NCBI GenBank assembly: GCA_903913285.1
Contig: CAIWKO010000036.1
Span: 142,691-206,690, forward strand
Source: an uncultured Bacteroidales bacterium
GTDB lineage: Bacteria; Bacteroidota; Bacteroidia; Bacteroidales; CAIWKO01
DNA: 64,000 nucleotides
Direction: 5' to 3'
In this document: positions 7,960 through 17,246 of the stretch, one piece after another
Numbering within the stretch: the stretch's first letter is position 1
Layout of the letters: each line of letters starts with the position of its first letter
Program-made: the position numbers and the translations under genes
The notes under the pieces: generated by a model
Seen by the model: the letters and a program-made list of their open reading frames with translations, nothing else
Databases searched by the model: none
What the model was told of the DNA's origin: nothing

Positions 7960-9222
7960 TTATTTAAAAAAATCAACATACTTTCTTGCAACTAATTCCG
8001 CATCTAACTTTAAATATTTCATAAATGCACGTTCGGTTTTGTGTCCACTGAATTTCATTATGGCTTGGGCTGGCATACCCGCAAGATATTTTAACGTGCA
8101 GAAAGTTCTTCTACAGGTATGCGATGAGACTAATTCGTATTTTTTATAAATATGTTCGGTAGTTTTTCCAGCAATTTTTTTTAATATTAACACGTCTTCA
8201 TCAATTTTCGCCTTTTCACAAATTTTTCTGATTGTTTTATTAAATTCTGTCAATTCGCAACATCGATCTTCATGCTTGCTAGCAAATAGAATACCCAATG
8301 TTTTTTTTAATCTTGAACTAATAGGAATGACAACTTGATTATTTAACACCCTACCCTCAGTCTTTTTGGGCCTGAAATATAAATTACCGTTTTTTATATT
8401 TTCTTTTTTAATCCTAGTAAAATCACTGAATCTCAATCCTGTTTCGCAACCCACAATAAATAAATATCTGATAAAAGAATCCTGTAAGTCTTCTAAAGAA
8501 ATACTTTCAATTTTTTCGAGATCAGATTCTGTAAGATATATATTATCGACTTCTTCAGTTTTAGTTACCATATGTTTTAAACTAAAAGCTGTACTCATAT
8601 CCTTGTCAAAATACCAATTTAAAAATACTTTTAAGTTTTTAAATTGTTTCCCCACTGTATTAGCACTGAGACCTTTTTCGCCTTTTGCATTTATTGCCTC
8701 ATAAGTGAGGTAGTGATCCATTTGATCAATAAATCCTCCATTTTTTTCCTTCAACATTAAAAATGTGATAGGTTTTCCTAAAATATTTTCAATCTTTTTA
8801 AGATGTTTTCTGAGGGAATTATCATAATCTCTAATATCTCCTAACTGGTTTTTTTTATAAACAATAAATTCCTCAAAATACTCCCAAAAGGAATTTGGCT
8901 TAATTATTTTTATTGGATTATCTTTTGCTGCAATAAAATTCTTTTTAAGAGTTTCTTCATCCGGTATTATTCCAGCATTCCAAAATTCTTTATATACCTC
9001 CGTCATTATCATTCTATAGGTCTCTATTCTATCATTGATTTCAGAATGTTCAGGAAATTCAATTAGTTCTCTAACTCGCTGAATTTTGCCATTCCAATAT
9101 TTAGGATAAACACTAATACCCGTTGGTATTTTTATCTTTTGATTCTCATAAATAAAAATCAGATTAATCATTGTCCTTTTCTTTACACTTTTATTTCTGA
9201 GATAAAAATTTACCTTTGTCAT
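7960..9222 (-). CDS. Tyrosine-type site-specific recombinase/integrase (Bacteroidota phage-integrase family)
   Basis: 420 aa with an N-terminal arm-type domain (MTKVNFYLRNKS...). The C-terminal catalytic region has GLRFSDF, HTCRRTFCT and GHKTERAFMKYL (R...HxxR...Y). Confidence 0.85.
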   Translation of the reverse strand: MTKVNFYLRNKSVKKRTMINLIFIYENQKIKIPTGISVYPKYWNGKIQRVRELIEFPEHSEINDRIETYRMIMTEVYKEFWNAGIIPDEETLKKNFIAAKDNPIKIIKPNSFWEYFEEFIVYKKNQLGDIRDYDNSLRKHLKKIENILGKPITFLMLKEKNGGFIDQMDHYLTYEAINAKGEKGLSANTVGKQFKNLKVFLNWYFDKDMSTAFSLKHMVTKTEEVDNIYLTESDLEKIESISLEDLQDSFIRYLFIVGCETGLRFSDFTRIKKENIKNGNLYFRPKKTEGRVLNNQVVIPISSRLKKTLGILFASKHEDRCCELTEFNKTIRKICEKAKIDEDVLILKKIAGKTTEHIYKKYELVSSHTCRRTFCTLKYLAGMPAQAIMKFSGHKTERAFMKYLKLDAELVARKYVDFFK

Positions 9223-9249
9223 AAACTGTTTTTTTTACAAAGATAATAA

Positions 9250-9271
9250 AAAGGGGGGACAAAGGGGGGAC
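9250..9271. repeat. Tandem 11-mer AAAGGGGGGAC x2 just upstream of the integrase start
   Basis: aaaggggggac|aaaggggggac at 9250-9271, 28 nt upstream (on the - strand) of the integrase ATG at 9222. Confidence 0.7.
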
Positions 9272-9425
9272 AGATTATCTTTATTTTTATTAACTTTTTC
9301 GAATTAGTCTTTTTTTTAATACTGTTGTATAAGTCTAATATTCAGTGTTTAAAATTCATATTTATAAAATTAAGAAAAGATAGAAAAACCCCTATTTACG
9401 GTCCCGTCCGGACCGCTTCAAATGC

Positions 9426-9461
9426 AAAAAACCTTGAATTTTAGTATTCAAGGTTTTTTTT
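9426..9461. terminator. Bidirectional rho-independent terminator
   Basis: A-run, then ACCTTGAAT (9431-9439), loop tttagt, ATTCAAGGT (9446-9454), then T-run. It lies directly downstream of the ABC gene ending at 9476 (-). Confidence 0.8.
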
Positions 9462-9475
9462 ATGGTCATATAATC

Positions 9476-11239
9476 TCAGCTTTCGTTCTTTTCGTGCAGC
9501 AGCATATTAACAGCATCGCTGAGCGAGCCTGCATGAATAACTTTGCCGGTATTCACGAAGAAAATATCATCCGCATTTTCAATAGTGTTTAAACGATGTG
9601 CTATGATGACCAGCGTAGTTGATTCGGGGAGTTTTTTCAATATTTCATCAAGCAGTTGTTCGGTCATGGTATCGATGTTTGCAGTAGCTTCATCCAATAT
9701 CAATAATTCCGGTTTGCGAAGCACAGCACGCATAAATGCTATCAGTTGTTTTTGTCCTAAACTGATACCATCGCCGGTGGTTTGTATTTTTGTATCCAAT
9801 CCCTGAGCGAAATGTTCGAGCAAACTTTCAAGTCCTGCGTTTTTAATTTCTTCAGTTAATTGTTCGTTGTTCAACTTATAGTATTCAGGATTTCCATACA
9901 AAATATTTTCACGCACTGTGCCCGAAAACAAAAAAGGTTCCTGAAGTATAAATCCTATTATACGGCTGCGCTCTTCGGGTGTATATGAGCGAATGTCGTT
10001 TCCATCTATTAATATGGTTCCTTTTGTGGTATCGTAAAGTCGCGCGATAAGCGAAGCAGTAGTTGTTTTTCCACCACCTGTGGGTCCGACAAAAGCATAG
10101 GTCTTTCCCCGTTCAAGGTCGAAGCTTACTTTGTGCAATACTTCTTTTCCGTTGGGATATTTGAACGTTACGTTTTGAAATGAAAGAAAAGATGTGCTTG
10201 TTATGGTTTTAGTACTTTCTACAACATGCAAATTTGTTTCGAGCGATAGTATTTGCGAAATGCGGTCCCAACCTGCCATAGCAACCTGAAAGTTTGCCCA
10301 CAATGCCGCCAGTTGCCGCAGAGGATTGTAGAAATTTGAAACGTAAGCAATAAAACTTATAAGCAAACCGAGGGTGAAATTGCCTTGAAGAATAAGATAA
10401 ATACCCAGCGAGAGCACTATCAATTGACCAATATTAGCAGCCAGCGTGTAGACCGGCATAAATATGTTATTGGCAATACCTGCCTGAACCGATTTTGTGT
10501 AGTTTTGTTTATTAGCCGCTTCGAAACGTTTGCGGAAATAATCGCGGCGATCGAAGGCAATTATTACCTTGAAGTTTGCAAGGCTTTCCTGTATCTCTGC
10601 ACTTAGATAACCCGTGCTTTTCAAACTGGCTGCGTTGCGGTGTTTGACCCAGGGCGAGACAATTTTAGTGAATACATACACGATCAGTGCAGGCGATAAT
10701 GCGGCCAACCCTAACTGAAAGTTTATACTCAACAGAAATATGCCTGCACCCAGCATGGTGAAAATACTTCCTAAAAACTGCATCAGCGATTGTGAGAAGA
10801 ACTGATTTACTTTATCGGTGTCGTTGTTGATGCGCGAAATCAGATCCCCTACTTTATTCTGGTTGAAAAAATCGACAGGCAATTCTTGAAGTTTGTTGAA
10901 TAACGCATTGCGTAAGCTGAACAACATCCTCTGTCCAACTCCACCCATCAATCGCATCTGAATGAAATTCACAAAAAAAGCAACAATATAAAGTGTGAGC
11001 AAGATTCCTGCAAATACCAACACGCCATGATATTGTTTGGTTTGAATATAGGTATCAATAGTATGCCCCACCAAATAAGTTCCCAGCAAACTTAATGTTG
11101 CATTGACAAGAATGGCACCAAGAGCCAATATAAGATTACGGCGTTCTTCACCTATAAGTCCCAACAACTTTCGCATTAAAGCAAAGGTAGATACCTTTTG
11201 CTCCTGCTTATCCGATGGTTTATTCAGATTATAATTCAT
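9476..11239 (-). CDS. ABC transporter permease/ATP-binding protein (MsbA-like exporter half-transporter)
   Basis: Six-TM N-terminal half, Walker A GPTGGGKTT, signature LSLGQKQ, Walker B LLILDEAT. Confidence 0.9.
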   Translation of the reverse strand: MNYNLNKPSDKQEQKVSTFALMRKLLGLIGEERRNLILALGAILVNATLSLLGTYLVGHTIDTYIQTKQYHGVLVFAGILLTLYIVAFFVNFIQMRLMGGVGQRMLFSLRNALFNKLQELPVDFFNQNKVGDLISRINNDTDKVNQFFSQSLMQFLGSIFTMLGAGIFLLSINFQLGLAALSPALIVYVFTKIVSPWVKHRNAASLKSTGYLSAEIQESLANFKVIIAFDRRDYFRKRFEAANKQNYTKSVQAGIANNIFMPVYTLAANIGQLIVLSLGIYLILQGNFTLGLLISFIAYVSNFYNPLRQLAALWANFQVAMAGWDRISQILSLETNLHVVESTKTITSTSFLSFQNVTFKYPNGKEVLHKVSFDLERGKTYAFVGPTGGGKTTTASLIARLYDTTKGTILIDGNDIRSYTPEERSRIIGFILQEPFLFSGTVRENILYGNPEYYKLNNEQLTEEIKNAGLESLLEHFAQGLDTKIQTTGDGISLGQKQLIAFMRAVLRKPELLILDEATANIDTMTEQLLDEILKKLPESTTLVIIAHRLNTIENADDIFFVNTGKVIHAGSLSDAVNMLLHEKNES

Positions 11240-13007
11240 AATAGTGCGTGCTTCGTTGTGAATTATATATCTGGGCGTATTCGGGCGAACTTTCTTTGAG
11301 TTCTTTATGGGTTCCGGTGGCTATCACTTCGCCTTCCATCAGGAGTATGATTTGTTCGAAATGCCGGATGGGAGCAATTTTTTGAGTAACCGACAGCAAG
11401 GTTAAATCGGGATAGTTTTTATCGAGATTGCAAAGTATCTTGCTCTCTGTTTTCTGGTCAACGCGCGAAGTGAAATCGTCGAGGAGCAGTATCTTAGGGT
11501 TAATTGCCAATGCACGCGCCAGCATGATGCGTTGTTTTTGTCCGCCCGAAAGACTTGTGCCCCGTTCGGAAACAATAGTATCCAACTTATCGGGCAAGGA
11601 TTCGATGAAATCGGTTAGTTCGGCTGTAGCTATGGCTTTTTCCAACGATTCGTTAGTAACTTTATCATTGAAAGCGATATTCTCGCGCAGGCTCATATTG
11701 AATATAACACTGTCCTGAAACACAAAACCGATCTGGCTGTGGAATAATTCATTGGTATATTCGGCTATGTTGATGCCATCAAATTCAATGGAACCTGAAT
11801 TGGGAGAGATCAGTTTGGTTAGCAAATATAACAACTGGCTTTTGCCTGCTGCCGTGGGGCCAATAATTGCGGTGCGGCTTCCTGCCTTTATTGAAAAAGA
11901 TATATCTTTCAGTATTGGCTTATCGTCGTATAACAGCGATACATTTTTCAGCAGTATATCGCCTTTTATCTGTGTGATTATGGTTCCTGTTTCTGAAGTT
12001 TCGGGAGCTTCCAGCACATCGCTTATCCTTTGGTAGGAAGCCGATGCCTGAGCTATGATATTGCTCATAAAACCGATCATCAGGATCGGAAATATCAACA
12101 TCATCAGGTAACTGTTGAACGCGGCAAAATCGCCCAGCGACATGGTGCCTGCAACCACATAATGTCCGCCCAACGCCAGTATGGTTACCACAGCTAAATT
12201 TGAAACAAACATAATGATGGGTATGAGTGTGGCAAACAGCCGCAGTATAGCCAAGCCATTATCACGCGACCTGGTGTTGGTTTCCATAAACTTCATGCTT
12301 TCGGGCTGTTGAGAATTCAATACCCTTATGAGTGCCGAGCCCATGATGCTTTCGTTAATTACTTTATTGAGCGAATCGATTATTTCGCGGCCGCGCCTGA
12401 ACAACACCCTTAGTTTGCGAAAAATAAGGAAAAATGTACTGCCTATGATGGGGACAATTGAAATGACTGCCAAAGCCAGTTTCCAGTTGATGAGGATGAG
12501 CAAGGTACAGGTGCCCAGAATAACAAAGACAGATGAAATAAGAATTACAAAGGCTTGTGCAACAAACATCTTAACCGAATCGATATCGGAGGTGAGGTTG
12601 GTTAATAATTTCGATGGGTTGGAACGCAGGATATAGGTGTAGGATTGCCTCGATATTTTTGCCGACACCTGTGAACGCAGGTTTTTTGCTACACGTTCGG
12701 AAGCATAGGTTTGAATAATATTTTGGAAGTACGTGATGATAAATATGGCAACGGCTGCAATAAAGAACTCGAGCAACACCACTTTCATGATAAAATGCCC
12801 TGCTGAAAATGCATCAATGGCACGACCGATGATCTTTGGTATCAACAAATTTATTCCATTGCCCAACAAGGCCATAACAACCAGAAATGCCACCATACCT
12901 CCATAGGGTTTCAACATACGAAACACATTGGCTTTTTTTGGACCTGTTGTTGTGGGTTTTGTTTTTGATCTTTGCATCACATCACTCAATACTTTTGCAA
13001 AGTACAT
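11229..13007 (-). CDS. ABC transporter permease/ATP-binding protein (partner half-transporter)
   Basis: TM domain plus GPTAAGKSQ, LSGGQKQR and LLLDDFTS. Overlaps the downstream partner by 11 nt, a heterodimeric exporter layout. The real start may be the internal MQRSKTKP (near 12977). Confidence 0.9.
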   Translation of the reverse strand: MYFAKVLSDVMQRSKTKPTTTGPKKANVFRMLKPYGGMVAFLVVMALLGNGINLLIPKIIGRAIDAFSAGHFIMKVVLLEFFIAAVAIFIITYFQNIIQTYASERVAKNLRSQVSAKISRQSYTYILRSNPSKLLTNLTSDIDSVKMFVAQAFVILISSVFVILGTCTLLILINWKLALAVISIVPIIGSTFFLIFRKLRVLFRRGREIIDSLNKVINESIMGSALIRVLNSQQPESMKFMETNTRSRDNGLAILRLFATLIPIIMFVSNLAVVTILALGGHYVVAGTMSLGDFAAFNSYLMMLIFPILMIGFMSNIIAQASASYQRISDVLEAPETSETGTIITQIKGDILLKNVSLLYDDKPILKDISFSIKAGSRTAIIGPTAAGKSQLLYLLTKLISPNSGSIEFDGINIAEYTNELFHSQIGFVFQDSVIFNMSLRENIAFNDKVTNESLEKAIATAELTDFIESLPDKLDTIVSERGTSLSGGQKQRIMLARALAINPKILLLDDFTSRVDQKTESKILCNLDKNYPDLTLLSVTQKIAPIRHFEQIILLMEGEVIATGTHKELKESSPEYAQIYNSQRSTHYYEL

Positions 13008-13068
13008 AAAAAAAAACTGATTAGCAGAACAAAAAAAGTTGATTACTTATATAAGTAAGCAAAAAGAA

Positions 13069-13100
13069 ACGGTCAGTAAGAAACAACTCTTACTGACCGT
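13069..13100. terminator. Perfect 13-bp stem hairpin terminator
   Basis: ACGGTCAGTAAGA (13069-13081), loop aacaac, TCTTACTGACCGT (13088-13100), with T-rich runs on both strands. It lies downstream of the gene ending at 13147 (-). Confidence 0.75.
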
Positions 13101-13146
13101 TTTATATGTAATAATATTTTGTTGTAAATTACCTGTTTAGCTAAAT

Positions 13147-14424
13147 TTAGTTCTTAATCAATTTGAGCGACTGATGATCTTGCCCGTCGAGGTTTAAGGT
13201 ATATATTCCGTCAGCTAATTTTAAAATGTTCACATCCGTTGTTTCAGAGTTGATTTGTCCCTGGATAGCAACCCTACCCATCATGTCGGTGATGTTGAAT
13301 GAAGTTACCGAATTTTTAGAGTTAAGCTGAATTGTTATCAGATCGCTAGACGGATTAGGATAAACCCGAACTGAAGCTTTGGAAGCATTAGCTTCGGCAA
13401 CGGAAGTTGGTTTCGTAAACTTTAGTATAACTCCATTTGCACCTGCTGCAAACCCCAAATCGGAATTTACAAAATAAACCGAACGCAGATCTTCTGCTGA
13501 TGGTGATGTTTGTGTGCTCCAACTCGAACCTCCATCAACCGTTGTTCTGATAACTCCCGAAGCGCCCACGATATATCCGACAGAAGCCGTAACAAAATCC
13601 AAACCATATATACTCCCTACAAACGATGGTATGGCTTTTTCGTTCCAGATGGTTCCACCGTCGGTGGTTTTTCTTAAATAAACAGAATCGCTGCCCACAT
13701 AAGTGGAACGTGTGATGTAGCCGTGAGACGGATCGGGAAAATCGGAAGCAAAATTCCAATAACTTATGCTCGACGGGATCACATTTGTGGCGAAGGTTGT
13801 GCCGCCATCTATAGTGCTGAGCCAGGTTGCCAAACCGGGATTATAAGTTCCGAAAACAGATTCGTAAACACCACAGTAACCATGCTGTGAATTTAAAAAA
13901 TACAAACCGCCAAGCATCGCATCGTAATAAGTTAAACCAATGGGTGTCCAGGTAACTCCTCCATCATACGACCGTGCTATCCTTCCACTTGTTTGTTCGG
14001 CGCCACCGCATACAAAAACGGTATCTTTATCCAGTACAAAAAGATCGCGTACCGGCGACGCTAATCCCGAGGCCAACGTAAGCCATGTGGCACCGCCATC
14101 TGTTGTTTTGATAATAATTCCCAAACCACAAGGATTTGAACCCGGGTCGGTTTCGCCTACTACATAACCCGTGTCGGCATTCACAAAATGCACATCCCAA
14201 AACCAATCGCCCGGAAAGAGCGTCGTAATACTATTCCATGTGGTTCCGCCATCGGTGGTCTTTAATATGGTTCCGTTGTCGCCAACTGCATAGCCAATTA
14301 AAGCCGTTGGAAAATGAATTCCTTTGAGATTGCTGGAGGAATTGGTGGTAAGCAAGGTCCACGTTTGCGCATTAAGTGCAATTGATAAAGCAATTGCCAG
14401 ACATGTAAGTAGTGTTTTTTTCAT
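13147..14424 (-). CDS. Secreted BNR/Asp-box (Ycf48-like) beta-propeller protein with T9SS C-terminal sorting domain
   Basis: Signal peptide MKKTLLTCLAIALSIALNAQ. Repeated Asp-boxes (TTDGGTTW, TDGGATW, YDGGVTW, IDGGTTF, TTDGGTIW, TVDGGSSW). C-terminal VRVYPNPSSDLITIQL...GIYTLNL...LKLIKN. Confidence 0.8.
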   Translation of the reverse strand: MKKTLLTCLAIALSIALNAQTWTLLTTNSSSNLKGIHFPTALIGYAVGDNGTILKTTDGGTTWNSITTLFPGDWFWDVHFVNADTGYVVGETDPGSNPCGLGIIIKTTDGGATWLTLASGLASPVRDLFVLDKDTVFVCGGAEQTSGRIARSYDGGVTWTPIGLTYYDAMLGGLYFLNSQHGYCGVYESVFGTYNPGLATWLSTIDGGTTFATNVIPSSISYWNFASDFPDPSHGYITRSTYVGSDSVYLRKTTDGGTIWNEKAIPSFVGSIYGLDFVTASVGYIVGASGVIRTTVDGGSSWSTQTSPSAEDLRSVYFVNSDLGFAAGANGVILKFTKPTSVAEANASKASVRVYPNPSSDLITIQLNSKNSVTSFNITDMMGRVAIQGQINSETTDVNILKLADGIYTLNLDGQDHQSLKLIKN

Positions 14425-14571
14425 TTCTATTAAGATTAATGTTATGTTGTAATTCTAAAACACATTTTCCTAAAAAGGTTGCCTGAAATTCTGACATCTT
14501 TTCAATTCTATTATTTTGTTCGGAGCAAAACATTATTACCCGTTGGCAATGATACGACCTTGTTCGAAGAA

Positions 14572-15459
14572 TTATTTAATTGCCACCGCCATTAGTTGAA
14601 TTTGTTTCTTAAAAATGACAGAAAGTAAACCAACCGGGTATGTCAGTAATGCCTGCATATATTGTTTTGAGCCGAATTTGCTTGCTTTCCAGAAAGTATA
14701 CGAACCACCAAAGCCTTTTATTTCAGTTTCGTGAAACATACTTTTATCAATTGCTGTTTTGAGCGAAACAGCATTAAATCCGTTTACATGATACGGGGTT
14801 ACAAAAGGCTTTATCTTCCCGTATTTTTCATTCCGAAAGCTCAGCGAATACGCTAAATGGATAAAACTGTTTTCGAATGAATCTTCATTAGGCACAATAA
14901 CCAACAAAACACCACCGGGTTTTAATATTCTTCTTAATTCTGCCAGAGTTTCCATCGGGTTTAATACATGTTCCAAAACCGAATCCATATATATCACGCT
15001 AAAAAAGGCGTCGGGGAATTTTGCTTCGAAAATATTTCCTTTAAAGAAGTTTATACCAGAGTTTTCCTGTGAAAGATTATGTGCAATATCAACCCCGTAG
15101 GCTTCAAAACCATGTGCAATTGCCTCTTTCAATACATCTCCTTCACCACAACCCATATCCAGAAACTTAGCCTTTTCGCACTTTAATTTACCTTCAATTA
15201 GTTTTAAGCGCTGCTTGCGTTCTTTTTCGCGAAGTTTTCTCAGCCAGGCGTTGTTCAATGAATCGGCGAAATAATTATCTTCATATAAGTGTTGCCATGC
15301 TTGCTGTGTCAGATCAATTTCGGGTTCGATAAAATAGAAATTGCAATTTGCGCATTCCTGTATTTTATAATCGTGGTTTAAGAGATGCTGAATAGAATTA
15401 TTGATCCTGGGACGTCCAATAAATTTATTCTCATCCGAACCGCAAATCTTACAGATCAT
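14572..15459 (-). CDS. Class I SAM-dependent methyltransferase with N-terminal CxxC...CxxC zinc ribbon
   Basis: CKICGS...CANCNF at the N-terminus, motif I LDMGCGEGD, motif post-I/II GVLLVIVPN. Confidence 0.75.
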   Translation of the reverse strand: MICKICGSDENKFIGRPRINNSIQHLLNHDYKIQECANCNFYFIEPEIDLTQQAWQHLYEDNYFADSLNNAWLRKLREKERKQRLKLIEGKLKCEKAKFLDMGCGEGDVLKEAIAHGFEAYGVDIAHNLSQENSGINFFKGNIFEAKFPDAFFSVIYMDSVLEHVLNPMETLAELRRILKPGGVLLVIVPNEDSFENSFIHLAYSLSFRNEKYGKIKPFVTPYHVNGFNAVSLKTAIDKSMFHETEIKGFGGSYTFWKASKFGSKQYMQALLTYPVGLLSVIFKKQIQLMAVAIK

Positions 15460-15514
15460 ATTTCGCTAATAAGCTTTCAAAAATAAAGAAAATAGTGGAA
15501 TTAGAACAATTATT

Positions 15515-16429
15515 TTATTCTTTGATTAATTTTTGCCGTATTGTTATATCTGCAGCTATAATTTGAATTATATAGACACCTTTCGATAAGGAACGAATGT
15601 CGACCATGTTGCCTGCATCTTCTAATCTTTTTTGAAAAACACACGCTCCTACCGCGTTATATATCTCCAATTGCAAATTCTTTTTCCCTTTAAAGCTGAC
15701 AGAAACTTTTTCACTTGCAGGATTGGGATAGATATTTAATTGGCCCTGCGGATCGTTTTCATTTACATTCCAGGTTGAATCGCGTATCAAACGAACAGAT
15801 ATGCCTACTTGTGTTTTTGCGTAGAGTTTATACACACTACTGTCGCTATAGGTCATTGCTCTGCACCAGCCGCTGGTTGTATCGTTGACCGTTGAACTCC
15901 AAAAATAGTCATTGGCATTGATGAAACTAAAGAGGGCATTGTTGCCACGCATACCGCCCGGAAGTGCTGTAAAGCCGCTTTGGTTATTTGCTCCCGCATT
16001 GGGACTTTGCCAATAAAGTGTTCCTGTATCTTTAAGTTTGCCTCCTGCAAGAGTGTTTCCACCCAAATAATTGATCAATTGCAGCCACTCTGAGTCGGAA
16101 GGAACATGCCAACCATCAGGCGCTATGCCCCGACTGTCGGTTATTACAAGCCAATTGTATAAATGCCCGTAGGTTAAGGCGCTATCCGAAGATCTATTAT
16201 AATCGCAATAGGCTCCATGAGTAGCATTGATCCATGGTGTATCATCGCTAACTTTAGGTATGGAATCGCCATTGTTAAAGTGCGTAACTTTCAGGTTCTC
16301 CTGAGTCCAGGTTTGAGTGCCTATAGTAATGGTGTGATATAAATTCCCGTCGTGATCAAACACGGTTTGTGCTTGAATTTTAACTACCAATAATGCAAGG
16401 ACTATAAAAAAAGGAATTGTTCTTTTCAT
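15515..16429 (-). CDS. FISUMP (Fibrobacter succinogenes major paralogous) domain protein with T9SS C-terminal sorting domain
   Basis: IGTQTWTQENL...YGHLYNW...GWHVPSDSEW..L..YLGG...AGGKLK.TG...W..PN.GA.N.SGF.ALPGG pattern. C-terminal LNIYPNPASEKVSVSF...GVYIIQI. Confidence 0.75.
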   Translation of the reverse strand: MKRTIPFFIVLALLVVKIQAQTVFDHDGNLYHTITIGTQTWTQENLKVTHFNNGDSIPKVSDDTPWINATHGAYCDYNRSSDSALTYGHLYNWLVITDSRGIAPDGWHVPSDSEWLQLINYLGGNTLAGGKLKDTGTLYWQSPNAGANNQSGFTALPGGMRGNNALFSFINANDYFWSSTVNDTTSGWCRAMTYSDSSVYKLYAKTQVGISVRLIRDSTWNVNENDPQGQLNIYPNPASEKVSVSFKGKKNLQLEIYNAVGACVFQKRLEDAGNMVDIRSLSKGVYIIQIIAADITIRQKLIKE

Positions 16430-16960
16430 ATTCGTTTAAGTTTATTGCAAGTGATTTTCTTCGAAGAATATTCTCTCCCAAGCTTCGCACCTACAAATAT
16501 AGGTAGTTTTTGCAGATCATGCAAGAATTTTCTTCATGAATCAGTTAATGGTAGGTTTTATCAAGTTGCGTTAAAATTTTGTGATTGGTGATTTGATTTA
16601 AATCATCCTTTGCAATTGATGCAATTGGAATATATTTTTCCGATACCATTATTAAACTTCCTTATGATTTTACCCCCCCCAAAAAAATATTACTGGCTTA
16701 TACCGTTGGGATTTAAATTATCCTTCCCCAATAAATACCCCTACAGTAAATGTATTTAAAGTTACTTTAAACTGGACTATAATTAGAGGAAGTTATACTG
16801 CGAATAGTTGAGAAAATATTTATTAATTGGAAATTTAAAGGCACAGACAGATGTAATAAAATATATATTTCCGTTTGGAGAAACTCAATGGTGTTATTAT
16901 TTTTATGATAATTTTTTATTTTATCCTTGTGAAGATACAATACCGCAAAAAGAAAAACCG

Positions 16961-17227
16961 AATGTGGTTTTTATACCTAATATCTTCTCGCCTAACTGCG
17001 ATGATGCTAATGATGTTTATAGAGTGAGAGGAGAGCAAATAGAGAACTGGCACATACAAATATAAAACCGTTGGGGTAATATAATTTTCGAGAGCAACGA
17101 TGTTAATAATGGTTGAGATGGAACATTTGATAGAAAAAAATGTGCAGTGGAAGTTTATTTATGTGGCGAAAATTACCTTTACGAATGGGGTGAAGGAGAT
17201 GAAGAAGGGGGATTTGAGTTTGGTTAG
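16961..17227 (+). pseudogene. Remnant of a T9SS type-B sorting / gliding-motility C-terminal (CHU_C) domain
   Basis: A single frame reads NVVFIPNIFSPNCDDANDVYRVRGEQIENWHIQI*NRWGNIIFESNDVNNG*DGTFDRKKCAVEVYLCGE... This matches IPN.F.PN.D..ND.F......I....L.IYNRWG..VFE......GWDG. There is TAA at 17063-17065 and TGA (in place of W) at 17114-17116. The whole upstream body of the protein is missing. Confidence 0.65.
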
Positions 17228-17246
17228 GTAATAGTGAATAGTTATT

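Noticed and set aside
16808-17065. 85-aa ORF listed in the track as a possible gene.
   Set aside because: Its C-terminal part is the first segment of the decayed CHU_C domain and it ends at an in-frame nonsense codon. It was reinterpreted as part of the pseudogene at 16961-17227.
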